A stretch of 64,000 nucleotides of DNA from contig NC_081362.1 of assembly GCF_030684315.1 (NCBI RefSeq), positions 79,441,018 through 79,505,017 of the forward strand, in the 5' to 3' direction. Of this stretch, positions 11,965 through 25,300 are shown in pieces (position 1 is the stretch's first letter; each line of letters starts with the position of its first letter). A model generated the notes under the pieces. That model did no database searches and was not told the origin of the DNA. It was given only the letters and a program-made list of their open reading frames with translations. Source of the DNA: Stegostoma tigrinum. Taxonomy: Eukaryota. Position numbers and translations under genes: made by a program.

Positions 11965-12995
11965 AACTTTAATGCAACAAGTTAGAGGAGACCCACCACC
12001 TCATCAAAAGTGTATTCGCTGGGATTGAATTCACAAGGGAAGAAGGAAACAACAATCAACTACAGTTTCTGGATGTTAAAGTTGAGAGTTAGATCAACAG
12101 GGAGTTCTAAACCTTAATACACAGAAAAGCAACCCTTAACTTCCACAGCAACCACCCCAATGCCCACCAACAAAGCTGCATTAGGACACAATTTAATCGG
12201 GCCACGACACACTGTAACACCCTGGAACTACACAGGAAAGGGGAAGAGCATATATATAAAATCCTTGCTATAAACAGATATCCCCACAACTTCATCCACT
12301 GGTGCCTTCTAAACCAACAACAACAGAAGGACACAGTGCACCCTAACACACTGGCCACATTGCCATACATCAAGAACATACCAGAACTGAGAAAAAGATT
12401 CCTAAGACCACTACCAATCATGGTGGCCCACAAGCCCACAACCATTCTATGACAAACACTTGCAAGGATTAAAGACCCCATTCCCACAACATGCAGAATG
12501 AATCTGGTTTACAAAATGCCATGCAATGACTGCCAAAAACATTACATTGGGCAGACAGGAAGGAAAATAACCATCAGAATTCATGAACATGAACTAGCAA
12601 CAAAACGACATGGCGAACTCTCCTTAATATCGCTACAGTCAGACAATGAAAGCCATCAGGTTAACAGGGACAAGGTAGCCATAGTAGCCCAAGCCACACA
12701 TAGACACGCATGGGAGTTCCTAGAGGCACGGCTCTCCACCTGTAATGCAATTAATAAGCACTTAGAATTGGACCCCGTAGACAAACTCATACAGATCAAA
12801 CCCAGAAATGACACTACTCACCATAACGGACCAAATAGTACAAATTCCAGGCAGAATAGCAGACCACTGCTTTATCAGAGACTCCACTGATGATATCACC
12901 TAGTGACAAAACATTTGAACGAGGACAAGCCAGCTTGGCGAGCAAGCAACAACCTCACCCACAACCCAAGCTACAGATCTTTGCCAAAACTTTGA
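11965..12995 (+). mobile_element. Penelope-like element, family B (Poseidon-like): RT C-terminus, GIY-YIG endonuclease and degenerate hammerhead
   Basis: GIEFTREEGNNNQLQFLDVKVE (end of RT). ORF 12498-12890 NLVYKMPCNDCQKHYIGQTGRKITIRIHEH (GIY-YIG), with no Cys-rich linker. CTGATGA-t-atcac-cta-gtgac-aaaa-catt at 12887-12915. Confidence 0.88.
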
Positions 12996-15134
12996 ACATA
13001 TGTTTATGCGAAAGGAAAAATGTGGGCTAATTATATACTTAAAACCTTCAGAAGAGAATCTAGCATGATAGCAGTGAGGGAATGCAAGGAGTATTTTTTC
13101 TTTTAATAGTTTTGTGTATTTTAATGATGGAGCTTTGTTGCTAGGTTCTTACCTGTGTTGGTATTATGAAGAAGTCAGTAGTAATGGATTACACCTTTTG
13201 AGGCAGAGATTCTAATGTATCATACTTGTTAGCTAGTGGTCACGAGAAAGGTAAATGATGCAATAGGATGAAGGAAAATTTCTTCATTGATTTTATTTAC
13301 AGTTTTCTTTCAAAGAAAACTAAGGGTCTTTTGGTCAAAAATGAGGCAATCTGGTCTGCTGCCACACATTACGGGGCAGTAATAGAGGAGTGAGAATATA
13401 TTGGTTGACAATTGTTTGGTGGTATGGAGGAGAAGGGGAATGAAAAGGCAGTGTGCACATAAAGGTATTGACTATGTAGTAGATGGTAGTGAAAGGCAAA
13501 CAGGTAGAAAATAGAGCACAGGTTTTCCTTGAAAATGCTACACTAGGTCCACCAGCTGCCTTTTGTTAGCTCCCTTTAAATTATGCACCATCCCTCACGG
13601 GTGGATGAAAAACACCATGAGGAGAAGTAAACCAAGAGAAGCCATACAAGGAAATGGTAAAGAAAAAAGAGAGAATGCATAGCAAAGAGGGGAAGGAGAG
13701 AAACCCCAAACAGTTTAGATCGGCAAGAGACATCTTGTGTTCTCCAACTGCTGTAAATGGTGCAATGAGAAATTGGCTATTAATATATTTCATCAATGCA
13801 CATTTTCGATGTTTATCATTATAAAATTGTGTTGGCATCTATAATGGACATTACCACAGTATCAAACTGCAATGAGACCTGTCCAACTAGTGAAGTACTG
13901 TAGCATCACTTAGAAAGCAATGTAACAGTTTCCATTACAAATGCATTAGAAATGATGTATTTATTGTTATATGCATTTGTTTCATTGTCATGTGCAAAAG
14001 TCAATATTAACATTATAAACACAGACGTAGGAATATGTGGTGTGTCTTATTGAAGTACAACATTCAGCCTATCAGATTTGTGCCAACTTCGTGAGATCCA
14101 GATAATTCCTTGCTTTTTGCCTATAATTGCAATGCAAGTTTTTATTCAGTTCACTTCGGAAGGCTGCTATTGAATCTGTATTCATTGCCACCACAAAACA
14201 ATGAAATCCAAATCCTGAATATTTGTGTACCAGAAGATGATTTACGTCATGTTGCCCCAATTCTTGAAGTCTGTGCCCTCTGGTTGATTCTGATCAAATA
14301 AGGTAGAGCAAAATCAGATGATGCTCTGATGAAAAGTCACGTAGGCTCGCAACTTTGAAGTAACAGACTTTAAAATAAAACACAAATCAAATTAGCAAAA
14401 TATAAATAACACTGTAATATTGTCTAATGTATCCATACCATAGATGTTATTTGATTGATGTATAGCCAGAATTGTTTAGTTTTCACTTATTAATACTGTA
14501 ATTTGAACAGTTTTTTTAATGAAAGTTTTCGAGAGCTGTTGAAGGGATTATATGTACACGTCATGCCATAGATTAATGAGACTTGAGTCATTAGCACAAT
14601 CCTCTTTTCACAATCCTGCCCAGAGTTTCCCGTTTCAATCATGTGATGCAAAGGAGACTACATAAATCATATAAGCAGATTTTATGGATTTCATACTTGT
14701 GTTAACAGCCTGTTGATTTTGGAGCAGTTTTCTAATGAGCATTATATGACAAATTCTTCAAGTGATATTTCAGAAGGGAACGTGGCATTTGTAGCACAAA
14801 TGGTCAGTAAGTCTTGATTATTGAGAATACAGTCAACAGTCCAGTATCCTAGGATGCTGAAGTATTCAGTTACACAATGATTTCTGTGATATATGTAGGG
14901 ATCTGTCAGAAGAAGATTGCTGACGCACTTTTAATACATACCTACGTTTATGCTATTGTATTTATCTTGCTGCTGCTGCCCATTAGCTTTAAATACTAAA
15001 ATGAAAGTAGCAAGCCTACCTCTCTTTGCCTAATTGTTGAAACACAGGTAAATGGCAATAAAATTTGGGATTGGGAAATACATTTTTTTGCTCAAAATAG
15101 AGGCTGAGTGTTTGCAAATAAATATTTAAGGCAG

Positions 15135-15347
15135 AGATAATGGGAACTGCAGATGCTGGAGAATCCAAGATAATGAAATGTGAGGCTGGATGAACACAGC
15201 AGGCCAAGCAGCATCTCAGGAGCACAGAAGCTGATGTTTCGGGCCTAGAGTTCATCTGATGAAGGGTCTAGGCCCGAAACGTCAGCTTCAGTGCTCCTGA
15301 GATGCTGCTTGGCCTGCTGTGTTCATCCAGCCTCACATTTTGTTATC
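15135..15347. mobile_element. Fold-back (inverted pLTR) PLE-derived unit with an intact + strand hammerhead at 15256-15283
   Basis: Reversed pLTR joined head-to-head to a forward pLTR at the ribozyme core; TSD aaatatt(t/a)aaggcag at 15120-15134 and 15348-15362. Confidence 0.9.
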
Positions 15348-15519
15348 AAATATTAAAGGCAGTTCTTTTTAAGTTAAGTACCCTAGGCTTTCTTGTATTG
15401 AATTCAAGATGAAGGATACTTTGAGAAACAAGTTTCAAGTCCTGAGAGAAATTATAGATCTAAGAATATTCCAATTAGACTAATCACTAATGTTGCTGCA
15501 CTAAAGCTACTGAAAATGG

Positions 15520-17560
15520 CCATAAGACCATCAGATGTAGGAGCAGAATTAAACCATCAAGTCTGCTCTGCCATCCAATCATGGCTGGTAAGATTCTCAA
15601 CCCCATTCTCCTGTCTTTTTCCTACAGCCCTTGATCCCCTTACTAATTAAGAACGAATATATCCCTTAACAATAGTCACTATCTTGGACTGCTCAGCCTT
15701 CTGTGGCAATGAATTGCACAGATTGATCACTTCTGGGTGAAGAAATTCCTCCTCAATCAGAGTTATCAAGGGTCGTGTATTCACTCTAAGGCTGTGTCTT
15801 TGGCACTCTAAGGCTTGGTCCCAGTCCCTCTTACTAGTGGAAACATCATCTTCTCCATGTCCACTCTTTACCAGCCTCTTCGTATTTTGTAAGTTTCAAT
15901 GAGATCTCCCTCCTACATTTCACTGAGTACAAACCCAGCATCTTCAACTGCTTCTTATATGATAAACCCTTCATTCCTAGGATCGTTCTTGTGAACATCC
16001 TGTGCCCTCTTCAATGCGCTCATATCCTTGCTTAGGGAGCAAAACTGCTTGTAATATCCCAAATGCAGTCAGATCCTGACCCTTTATACAGCCTCAATAG
16101 TACATCCCTGTGCTTGTATTCTCGCCTTCATGAAATGAATGCTAACATTGTATTTGCCTTCCTAACTGCCACATGAGCCCGCATGGCAATCTTAAGAGAA
16201 TCCTGAACTAGGATTCTCAAGTCTTTGTGCTTCAAATTTCTGAAGCCTTTCCCCATTTGAAAATAGACTACACGTCTATTCTTTCTACCAAAGTGTCTAA
16301 CATCACACTTTCCCATATGGTATTCCATCGACCATTTCTTTGCCCACTGTTCTAGTCTTTGTCCAAGTGCTTCAGCAGCTTCCCTGCTTCCTCAATGCGA
16401 ATTGCCTCTCCACCTATGTGTATGTCTTCTGATAACGTAGCAACAATGCTCTTAGTTCCTTCATCTAGATCATGAATGCATTACAGGAATAGTTGTGGTC
16501 CCAACATTGATCCTGTGTGGAACTCCACGAGCTATTGTCCTGAAGAAGACACCTTATTCCCACTCACAGCCTTCTGCCAGTCAGTCAATCATGTATCAAT
16601 GCCAGTATCTTACCCCTAACACCGTAGGATCTTATCTTATTTTGCAACCTCCTGTGCATTTTGTGAGAGGCCTTCTGGAAATCCAAATAAGTTACATCCA
16701 TTGGCTCTCCTTTGTATAACTTACTCATTACCTCCTCAAATAATTTTAACAGATTTGTCAGGCATGACCTCCCCTTGACAAAGCATTGTTGACAGCCCTA
16801 TATTACTATGCGCTTCCAATCTCATCCTTAATAATGGACCCTAAAATTTTACTAATTACTGAGATCAGGCTACCTGACCTATAATTTCCTGTCTTCTACG
16901 TCTACTTCTCTCATTTATTTAACAGGGGTGTTATATTAGCCATTTTCCAGTCCTCTAGGACCCTCCCTGAGTTTCTGAAAGATCACCACCAATGTCTTCT
17001 TGGCTATCTCCTTCAGAACTCTGAGGTATAGTTGATTGGTCCTGGTGACTAGTCTACCTTAAGACTTTTGAGCTTTCCCAGAACCTTCTCCTTGGTGACG
17101 GCCACTACATTCACCTCCATCCTGACTCTTTTTGAAGTAGTAGAATGCAATTGGTGTCTTCCACTATGGAGATTGATGCAAAATAACTATTCATATCCTC
17201 TCCATTTCTTTGTTCCCCATTACTGCTTCTCCAGCCTAATTTTCCAGCTGTGAAATGCTTACTGTCACTTCTCTCTATTACCGTTTATAGCTCTAAAAAA
17301 TGCTTGTGCAGTCTTCTGTATTATAGCTATCTTACCCCTGTTTTCCATCTTCTCCCCCATTATTACTTTTTTTTAAGTTGTCCTCTGCTGACTTTTAAAG
17401 GTTTCCAAATTCCCTGGACTCCTAGTAATCTTCACATTTGTATGCTTTTTCTTGCTTTTATGCTGTCCCTGACTTCCCTAGTCAACCATGGTTGCCTTAT
17501 CGTCTCTTAGTATGCTCTTGCTTGAGGTGAATTTCAACTGAGCATCCCGGATTACCCCCA
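15520..17560 (-). mobile_element. Decayed CR1 LINE ORF2
   Basis: Minus-strand remnants such as MEYHMGKCDVRHFGRKN...VRKANTMLAFIS; same family as 43793-47770, with cataagaccatcagatgtaggagcagaatta at the tail end. Confidence 0.85.
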
Positions 17561-18199
17561 GAAGGTCCTGTCAGGAACAATTTTTCTGATGTTTCAATCT
17601 TGTCCTGTAGGTTTAAAAGTGCCCCATAAAAAAATACTCTCCTGTTCTCGTTAACCTCCCTATCTACTTCATTACTAGCTCTATTTTGTTCATGTCCTTT
17701 TCAAAGTTCACTTTTTAAGATGCTTAACTTGTTCCTTCTCTTCATTTTGAATAATGATGACTGACTTGTAAAAACAAAGGCCAAAGCCTTTCTTCGCAAT
17801 CAGAAATACAAAGACTAAAGATTGAAACAGCTGTGGGAAATAGGTAATGTTTACAATAGAAATGTTGCTACTTTCCTGCAAACAGTTGGCTCCCAGATTA
17901 GACACCAGTACAATATTTTTATTTCCAGTACTGGTGGCCTATTTCCTGTGCTGATTATAAGTTTATGAGCTCCCGCATACTAAATCAGCTGAACTTTTCC
18001 AAACATTTATTGCAGCCTTTCTTTCTTCTCATGTTGTGGGGAGGGGAGAGGTAGAATTAAATTACTTGTCTGGGCCACATGACTGCAGATATTTAAAAAA
18101 GTATTTGCTTGTGACTGTTTAATTTTCATGTGGAAATATTTGTAAATGTTAACAATGGAATTATGATTAATGAAATCATTGTCAGATGTTGACTTCTCA

Positions 18200-18355
18200 A
18201 ATAGCCTGGTGTACATGTGACTCCAGATCTGTAGTAATGTTGTTGACTCTTATTGGTCCTCTGAAATGGCTTAGCAAACTGCACAGCTCAAAAGCAATGA
18301 GTAATGGGCACTGAATGTTGGTCTGGCCAATGATGACAATCATGATCCCATGACA
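18200..18355 (+). mobile_element. 3' part of a tRNA-derived SINE (second SINE family)
   Basis: tacatgtgactccaga...gttgactctta...ctctgaaatggcttagcaa...gggcactgaatgttggtctggccaatgatg...atcccatga is homologous to the reverse complement of 26130-26260. Confidence 0.55.
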
Positions 18356-19754
18356 AAGTAGTGAAAAGTCAAAAATCTCTGCTGTGTTGTGTTTCCTCAT
18401 TCTGCAGTTCTCCCTTTTGAGATTTTTTACCTGATTGATGCTCTGCAACTAGAAAGCTGAAAAAAAATGTTTATTAAGAGCTCCCATTACTTCGAGCCAA
18501 TTCACATCCAGTAACTTGCTGTGCAAGTTGTGCTCACATTTTGACAGCTGTAGCAACTTGCAGTTGAGACAATGCAAACCATTCTAACACACAGTTGATT
18601 GCTGAATCTCCTCCTAATATGAATGGATCCTTTGCAAAACATTCTAGGATCAGGATCTGGATCTGTGTCTTTGCCAACAGCTAATTTGCTCTTTTGGGCT
18701 GATCTCTGCATCATTGAAATTCATGCAGTAGTTTTTGAGTAAGTCTCTTTGTTTGTAAACAATCTAACAGACGTTACTCTCCCATCTTCAATGGTGGAAC
18801 TAAACAAATCACTCATTATATTGCACTCTTGTGATGATCGGTGTTTATTTCTACAATTAATTTACTCATCAGTATATTAATATCAATCCTTTTGATGATC
18901 GAAAGATCAATTGATTGAAATGGAATATAGTGAGATTTGTGTTCGTTTACGGAGTAGTTTGAAATTCTGGTGGCTGGCATTGATTCAAAACATTACTTCC
19001 TGGCCACCAAATGTGAAATTTATTATGTACTTGGTTTAATGGCATTGTGATTCTAAGTTTCATTCTCCAGTATCTATAATGGGATTTCTCTAGAAGTCTA
19101 GATGATTTCTGCTATGTAGAAATGCCATTTCTCATCAAATTTAAGCAACTCTTCTCTACCAGTGAATCAAATTTCCTATTTCACTTAAGTGAAGGTCTTT
19201 ATGCAACCAAAAACAGTGCATGCAAGAAAGTCATTCAAGATGCACCTGACATTTTTCATTAGTTTTGAGAAATGTCTTCCTCCAATTCCTACTCAAACTA
19301 ACTTGTTCATTAACAAATGCAAAATTTGCCATGAACCAGTGAAAGCAGTGTATTAGAATGCAATATTTTTTAAAAATTCCTTGATATATTTAAATGTGAT
19401 ACTTGGTGCAGTTTGCTTAATATAGCTTAAAGTATATTTTATCTACTTTTTTTTGCCAGGATTTGCTTCCTTAGCTATTAACTACTCACCAACTCTTCAA
19501 CTCACCCATCAATGAGTCACACCTTAACGAAAATCCCGGTCCTGTGTGTTTCTGAGCATTTGCTGAACTATTTGAATGTTAAGTTGTTCACATGAAATTT
19601 AAACTGTACAGCCATAAAATTTATTGATAACGCATCCAATACTGTCCACCTTTTCAAAGCACAGATTGTACAACATCGCTATGCAGCCATTATTTTATTT
19701 CTTTTAAGTGGGAATATATGTTTACACAAAGTCTTGTGCTTTAGCCAATTCATT

Positions 19755-20760
19755 TGACAGCACTCTCTCCTGTGAATCAGACTGTCGTGGGTTTGAGACC
19801 ACTTCAGGATTTGAACACAGGAATCTGGTCTGGCATTGTTGAAAGAGGTTATATCTTTTGGTGAGATGTTAAACTAAGACCTTATCTTCCTGTCACATGA
19901 TTGCAAAAGATCCCATGGCCTCCTTTTGACAAAGGCAGAAGATTAATCTCTGGTGACTTGGAGCAGTTATATCCTTCCTTCAACATGATAAGAAGAGATA
20001 ATTACATTGCAGTTTGTCGGATTTCAGTAGCAGTACAGCTAGTTAAGGTTGAGAAGAAGACATGTAGAATACTGCCCTTTATTGTAAGAGGTATAGAATA
20101 CAAAAGTAGGGTCATAATGATAAAACTGTATAAAATACTGGTGAAGCCACAACTGGAGTCCAGTGTGTATTTATGGTCACCACATTATAGAAAGGATGTA
20201 ATTGCACGGGAGAAAGTGCACAGAAGATTTACTAGAATGTTGATGGGGCTGAAGACTTGCAGCTACAAGGAGAGATTGGAGATGTTGGGATTGTTTTCTT
20301 TGGAACTGAGAAGGCTGAGGGATTGCATTATTGAGGTAAACTAAATTGTGAGGGGTAGAAATACAGTAGCAGGAGGACCCTGTTTCCCGTGACAGACTGT
20401 TCAAAAGCCAGGAGTCATTGATTCAAGCTAAGTAGCAGAAAGATTAGGGGGAATGTGTGGAAAAATGCTTTTACGCAGAGGGTGGTGGGTTTCTAGAATT
20501 CACTGCTGCAGTTGGTAGTGGAGGCAGAGACCCTAAACTCTTTTAAAAAGTACCTGAATCTGTACCTGAAGTGCTGTAAACTGCGGGACTATGGGCTCTT
20601 AACCCATGGGAAGATGGGATTAGAAAGGGTATCTGGGTATCTTTGGACTGGTATAGACAAGAATGACTGAATGACCCTCTTCATTTCTGTGGTCCTATCT
20701 TGTTATGCGTATATTAGCTGCCTCATTTTGTACATTGTGATAGTGACTGTACGACAAAAA
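19755..20760 (+). mobile_element. DeuSINE (SacSINE1/AmnSINE1-like Deu domain) split by a CR1 insertion
   Basis: tcttttggtgagatgttaaactaagacc...aaaagatcccatggc...ttttga..aaggcagaag is a Deu-domain-like core; the SINE tail (tcttgttatgcgtatattagctgcc...acattgtgatagtgact) resumes at ~20698. Confidence 0.65.
20035..20697 (+). mobile_element. CR1 LINE ORF2 3' fragment nested in the DeuSINE
   Basis: RGIEYKSRVIMIKLYKILVKPQLESSVYLWSPHYRKDVIAREKVHRRFTRML. Confidence 0.85.
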
Positions 20761-21309
20761 TATTCCATACTCTAACTACTTGCACCACCCTTGCTTCTTT
20801 GGAATGTCATTTTAAATCTGTGCTGTTTTGTTCTTGTTTTTTTTTAATGATGTGGGGGGTTGGGGGTAGGTTCTCTGTCTAATCTGAACAGCCTGCTCAT
20901 GATTTTGTAAACCTCTATCAAATTGCCCCTCAATTTTCTTCTGTCCAGCAGAACAATCTAAACTTCAACCTATCCTCATAGCTGAAGTTTCACAAATAAC
21001 AGTTTTGGCACAAGTTGAACTTTTAAAGCTTGTGTGCAGACTTCAAGAGTTCTCCATTTTCCAAACGCATAGTTTTTAAAATGGAAATTTGAAATATCTG
21101 TAATAACAAACATAGTCATGTAAAGTGAGGACTTGTGTGTATTAAGTCGCTGGGGGTTTTGGTGGTTTGGGGTGATTGTCAGTGGTTCATGTTTAAGTTT
21201 CTTTTGCAATTAATGTATAGCACTGATTTCAGAGCATGACTTGAGGTTTTTGATTTAGTCAACACTTTGACATTGTTGATGTTTCAAGATATATACTATA
21301 GGTGTACAA

Positions 21310-21442
21310 TTTCTGTTGTGAAGGAGGTACATATTGGACTTGAAGCTTTAACTTTGTTTCTGTCTCCTTGTTGCTGCCAGACCTCCTGAGTTACTTTATG
21401 TTTCCGTTCTGGATTCCTAGTCTCTGCAATATTTTGCTTTAA
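21310..21442 (+). mobile_element. Ancient pLTR-like remnant (possible third PLE-derived family); related pieces at ~14326-14360, 36820-36925 and 51410-51545
   Basis: Shared tail gctgcc.gacct.ctgagt...tttc.g.t.tcc.....tctgca.tattttgcttt resembles the family A tail ctccagcatctgcagt; a degenerate ctgatgaaaagtcac..ggct lies at 14326. Confidence 0.4.
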
Positions 21443-22549
21443 TTAATGCGGTACTGTTCATACCAAAATTTATCATTTGCTTCTTGTGATAAAGGCTTCT
21501 TATAGCAGCCCTACAAAAGTAGTAAAGCCTGGTGTCTGCTACAGAACTGGAAGTGGCTTTGCATCTTTCTAAAAGGCATTTTGCTGAGTCACTGTGTTAA
21601 TTCATGTAAAGTGGGGTTCTAATGGATGATGATTTAGAAGTGTTAGGCAACCTGCTGTGTAATTCTACATCAAATCATTTTTGAAAGTGCACATTGATGA
21701 TATAATTTTAAGGACTTATGAAACAATATAGTCTGATCAGATATGCAGTAGGAAATGGAACTTCAGTGATCTTACAAGGCAGAGCCATGTGTTTTAGTCT
21801 TCCCCCATGTTTCTCCTGGGTGCTACTGGAATGACTGTGCTGTTTAGTGAAAAGTAGGATTTCTGTTTCAAGCTCCTAACATCAGATCTATGTAATCTCA
21901 GTTGCGCTAACCTGATACTATACAGAGCAGAGGCCTAGCTGTTTTACTCCAAAGTAAGAGAAATAAATATTGGAGATAGAAGATTATACACCTCCTAGAG
22001 TCCAGTTTCAGAACTACATTGGATGATGCCCAGAGGATTTTTGCTTTGCTCGTCCACACAGTACAGAGTTGAGTCTAGTTCAAGAAAATGCATGAGGAAT
22101 TGAAAAAAAATTGAATTCTTCAAATTACATAACTCCTCCTTCTTCAGAACAGATTGCCCATAAGGATGGAAAGTCATCTTTTTGGGTTCCAAGAGAAGAC
22201 CTTGCCAAAAAATACATTGGAAGCATTTTTGACTCCAGTGACAGCTATTTTGTTTGTTAAAGTTTTATTCAATCTTGAATTGTAGTTTCTTACATTAACG
22301 ATCAAGGTTGGAAGCTATTTTGGATTCAAATTACTTGAATATAGCAGTGACAGCCCTGCAAAGTAAGGGCCTAAATAATAGATTTTAAAAGCCGAGGTTT
22401 ACCACTAAAAGTAAGAGAGCTTTGTGCTTTACTGAACTGATTTTCTATATGAAATGAGACAGTAATGCAATATGATGGGTTTCCTATGTGCTGTGCCATA
22501 TGTATTAATATGTTGGTTTGGCACACCCATCAAAAACAGGTATACAAAT

Positions 22550-22980
22550 AAAGAGCGGGAGAAGAAAATGTTGGCCTCTTGGACCTGCTCTGCCATTAAA
22601 GAAGACCATGGCTGATCTGACTGTAACCTTAAATCCACATTCCCATCTACCCTGATAATCTATCACCTCCTTGCTTATCAAGAATCTATCCATCTCTGCC
22701 TTAAAAATATTCAATAGGTGCTTCCACCACCTGTTGTGGAAAAGATCTCCAAAGACACTCAACCCACTTAGAGGAAACAAAGCGACTAATTTCCATTTTA
22801 AATGGGCTCAGCATTATTTTTAAGCAGGTGTAAATTCTGCCTTTAAAGAAAACATGGTTTCCACATCCAACCTGTTAAGATCTATTCGGATCTTGTTAAT
22901 TTTGACCAGTCACCTCTTGGTGTTCTAAACTGAAGCAGATACAATGCTAACATGTCCAACCTTTCCTCATAAGACAACAC
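22550..22980 (-). mobile_element. Decayed CR1 3' fragment
   Basis: Minus strand LNIFKAEMDRFLISKEVIDY and the tcagccatggtc-type 3' UTR of this CR1 family. Confidence 0.7.
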
Positions 22981-23991
22981 ATTATCTCTGTGCCCAATGC
23001 AATTTATTGATGATTCATTTTAGAGTCACATGACTATGGTTGTGTCTTTTGTCTTTGTCAAGGCACTGTACCCAATTGAGGTATCTAGGATAGAAGGCAG
23101 GGTGCACCCCATAAAACTCTCACCACTGTTCTACATTCTACATTCGTTCACCTTGTCCTTTGATCTCTTAGTGATTACCAGGACCTACTACTATTCTTAT
23201 TGGAAATAATTTGAATATGGTGCTGCTAGCTGGGATTCCTGCTGCCAAGGCTGTAAATCTGAGGAAGGCCCTTTCTTGGCCTGAGGTGTCACCCGCTATC
23301 TTGGTGCCAGCATTGCCTCCTGCTTTGTTTTTATACTTTGTGTAGCAATTATATCAGCTCCCATAACATAAGAACTAGGCGTGGACTACCATTGTACTGA
23401 AAGGCTTAGCACGTGTTTATGGCAACGCCTGATATATCCATACTGTCATGGCCACTTCAGTGTCTGGGCTAATATTAAACTGTTTGATTATAACAGTACT
23501 GTGCTTCTATCAGTATGCCAGCTTCAAATACGTGCAGATAAGGTGGAATCTTTTTTACCTTCAGGTCACATGCATGTCTCCTAAAGCTATATTGCAGACT
23601 GACTGAAATATAACGCAACCGAGGGCACTTAATTCTGTTGGAGCCCACCCATTGGAAGTGATTGGGGCTCCCAAGTGATGGAACCCCTGTGGGGCAATTA
23701 ATTTCTGCCTCTTAGTAAGACTTTGGATTTTTCTTGCTTTCCTAACAGCAATTTGCGTAAAGAGAACCTGGGAACTCTGCTGAGGAATGATAAAGGCAGA
23801 AAAATAAGACCTTTTTCTGGTATAGAAATACGACCTGTGTTGTTGAAACCTTTGACATAAAGCAATAATCAAAGTTGAATTGGTATGTTTTTAACTGTAT
23901 CTATTCAGGATAAGCAAACTGGAAGAACTGGATGAGGTAGTTCAGTCACATAAGCCTGTTCCACCATCCCTGTTCAGATCTATCTACTTGC

Positions 23992-24184
23992 TGAGTGATA
24001 GTAAGAATTGTTGATGCTGCAGCCAGAGATAACATAGTGTGGAGCAGGAGGAGCACAGCAGGCCAGGCAGCATCAGAGGAGCAGGAAAATTGACATTTTG
24101 GGTCGGGACCCAAACGTCAACTTTACTGCTTCTCTGATGCTGCCTGGCCTGCTGTGCTCCTCCAGCTCCACACTGCGTTATCTA
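23992..24184. mobile_element. Older fold-back PLE pLTR unit
   Basis: Imperfect inverted arms around ttttgggtcgggacccaaacgtc; TSD tatctacttgc at 23981-23991 and 24185-24195. Confidence 0.85.
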
Positions 24185-24699
24185 TATCTACTTGCCTATC
24201 TGTCTTACCTCTTCCATATTGACAATCCTTCAAAGACCTGACATTTCACTAGTCTTCTGGATACCCCTAATTCCTTCTCCCCATCATTGATGTTCATGCC
24301 TTAGTCATTTTGGAATTCTGTTCCTAAAATGTCAGCTGTTAGTCATTAAAACCAACCACTTTGGCCAAGCTATTAGGCAGTCATCCTTCTTTAGCCCAGT
24401 CTTTAGATCTGTTTTTGTTTGATTACAGTAAAGCACCTTGGATGTTTTACTGTATTAAAGTTGCAGTATAACTTCAGGGTTTTTGTTGTGATCTTCTGAA
24501 AATATTCAGTTGGATTAGTTAGGTGTGATCTGCCTTTCCCAAATACTAATCCCTTAGATCAGTTTATACTTCAAATGCTCATTTATCCTATCCACGAGTG
24601 ATAGGTTACAGTAATTTCCCTGCCACGTGCAACTAATTCTCATTGTAGTAACTTTACTACACATTTTAAAATGTAACATAAACACACAAGAAGATACAA

Positions 24700-25300
24700 G
24701 ATGAGGAGCAAACTATTTGGCTTCCCAGGTCTGCTCTACCATTTGATAATTTCATAGCTGATTTGTTTTATGACCTCAACTCCACATTCCTACTCCCTCC
24801 CCATATCCGTCAATTCCCTTAATCAAAAAACCAATAGCCCTCTTCTGGCACAAGAGGCTTAGGTTCAAGTAACACCTGTTCCAGAGGTGTGTAATAACAT
24901 CTCTGCCAGTTTGATTTGAAAAACAGGTTAAATCAAACAAAAATCCTTAAATATGTTCAGTAACCCCACCTCCACAAAGAGTTCATCAAAGAGTATTTCA
25001 TACACTAATGACTCTAGAGAAAAATAACAATCTCTTCCCTATGGTCCTAAATGGAAGCTCCAATTTTTAAAATGTGTCCCCTAATTTTAGACTGCAGAAC
25101 AAGGGAAAACATTCTTTCAGAATCCACCCTACGAAGTTCCCTTTGAATCAAATATGCTGCTGTCAGATCGCCTTTCATTCCTATAAATTCTACTGGGTAT
25201 AACGCCAACCTATTTGATCATTCTTCAAAAAATATGCCCTTAATCCTGGCATGAGTTGTGTGAACCTTCTCTGAGCTGCTTCTGATGCAGTTTTCTTAAG
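24700..25300 (-). mobile_element. Heavily decayed CR1 3' fragment, possibly with a small SINE piece inside (about 24835-24910)
   Basis: gtctgctctaccatttgataat.tcatagctgat 3' UTR motif and gtgaaccttctctgagctgcttc ORF2 motif. Confidence 0.55.

Noticed and set aside
18645-18666. Short (ggatca/ggatct)n repeat encoding DPDPDP on the minus strand
   Set aside because: Only ~3 units; a trivial microsatellite in a spurious ORF.
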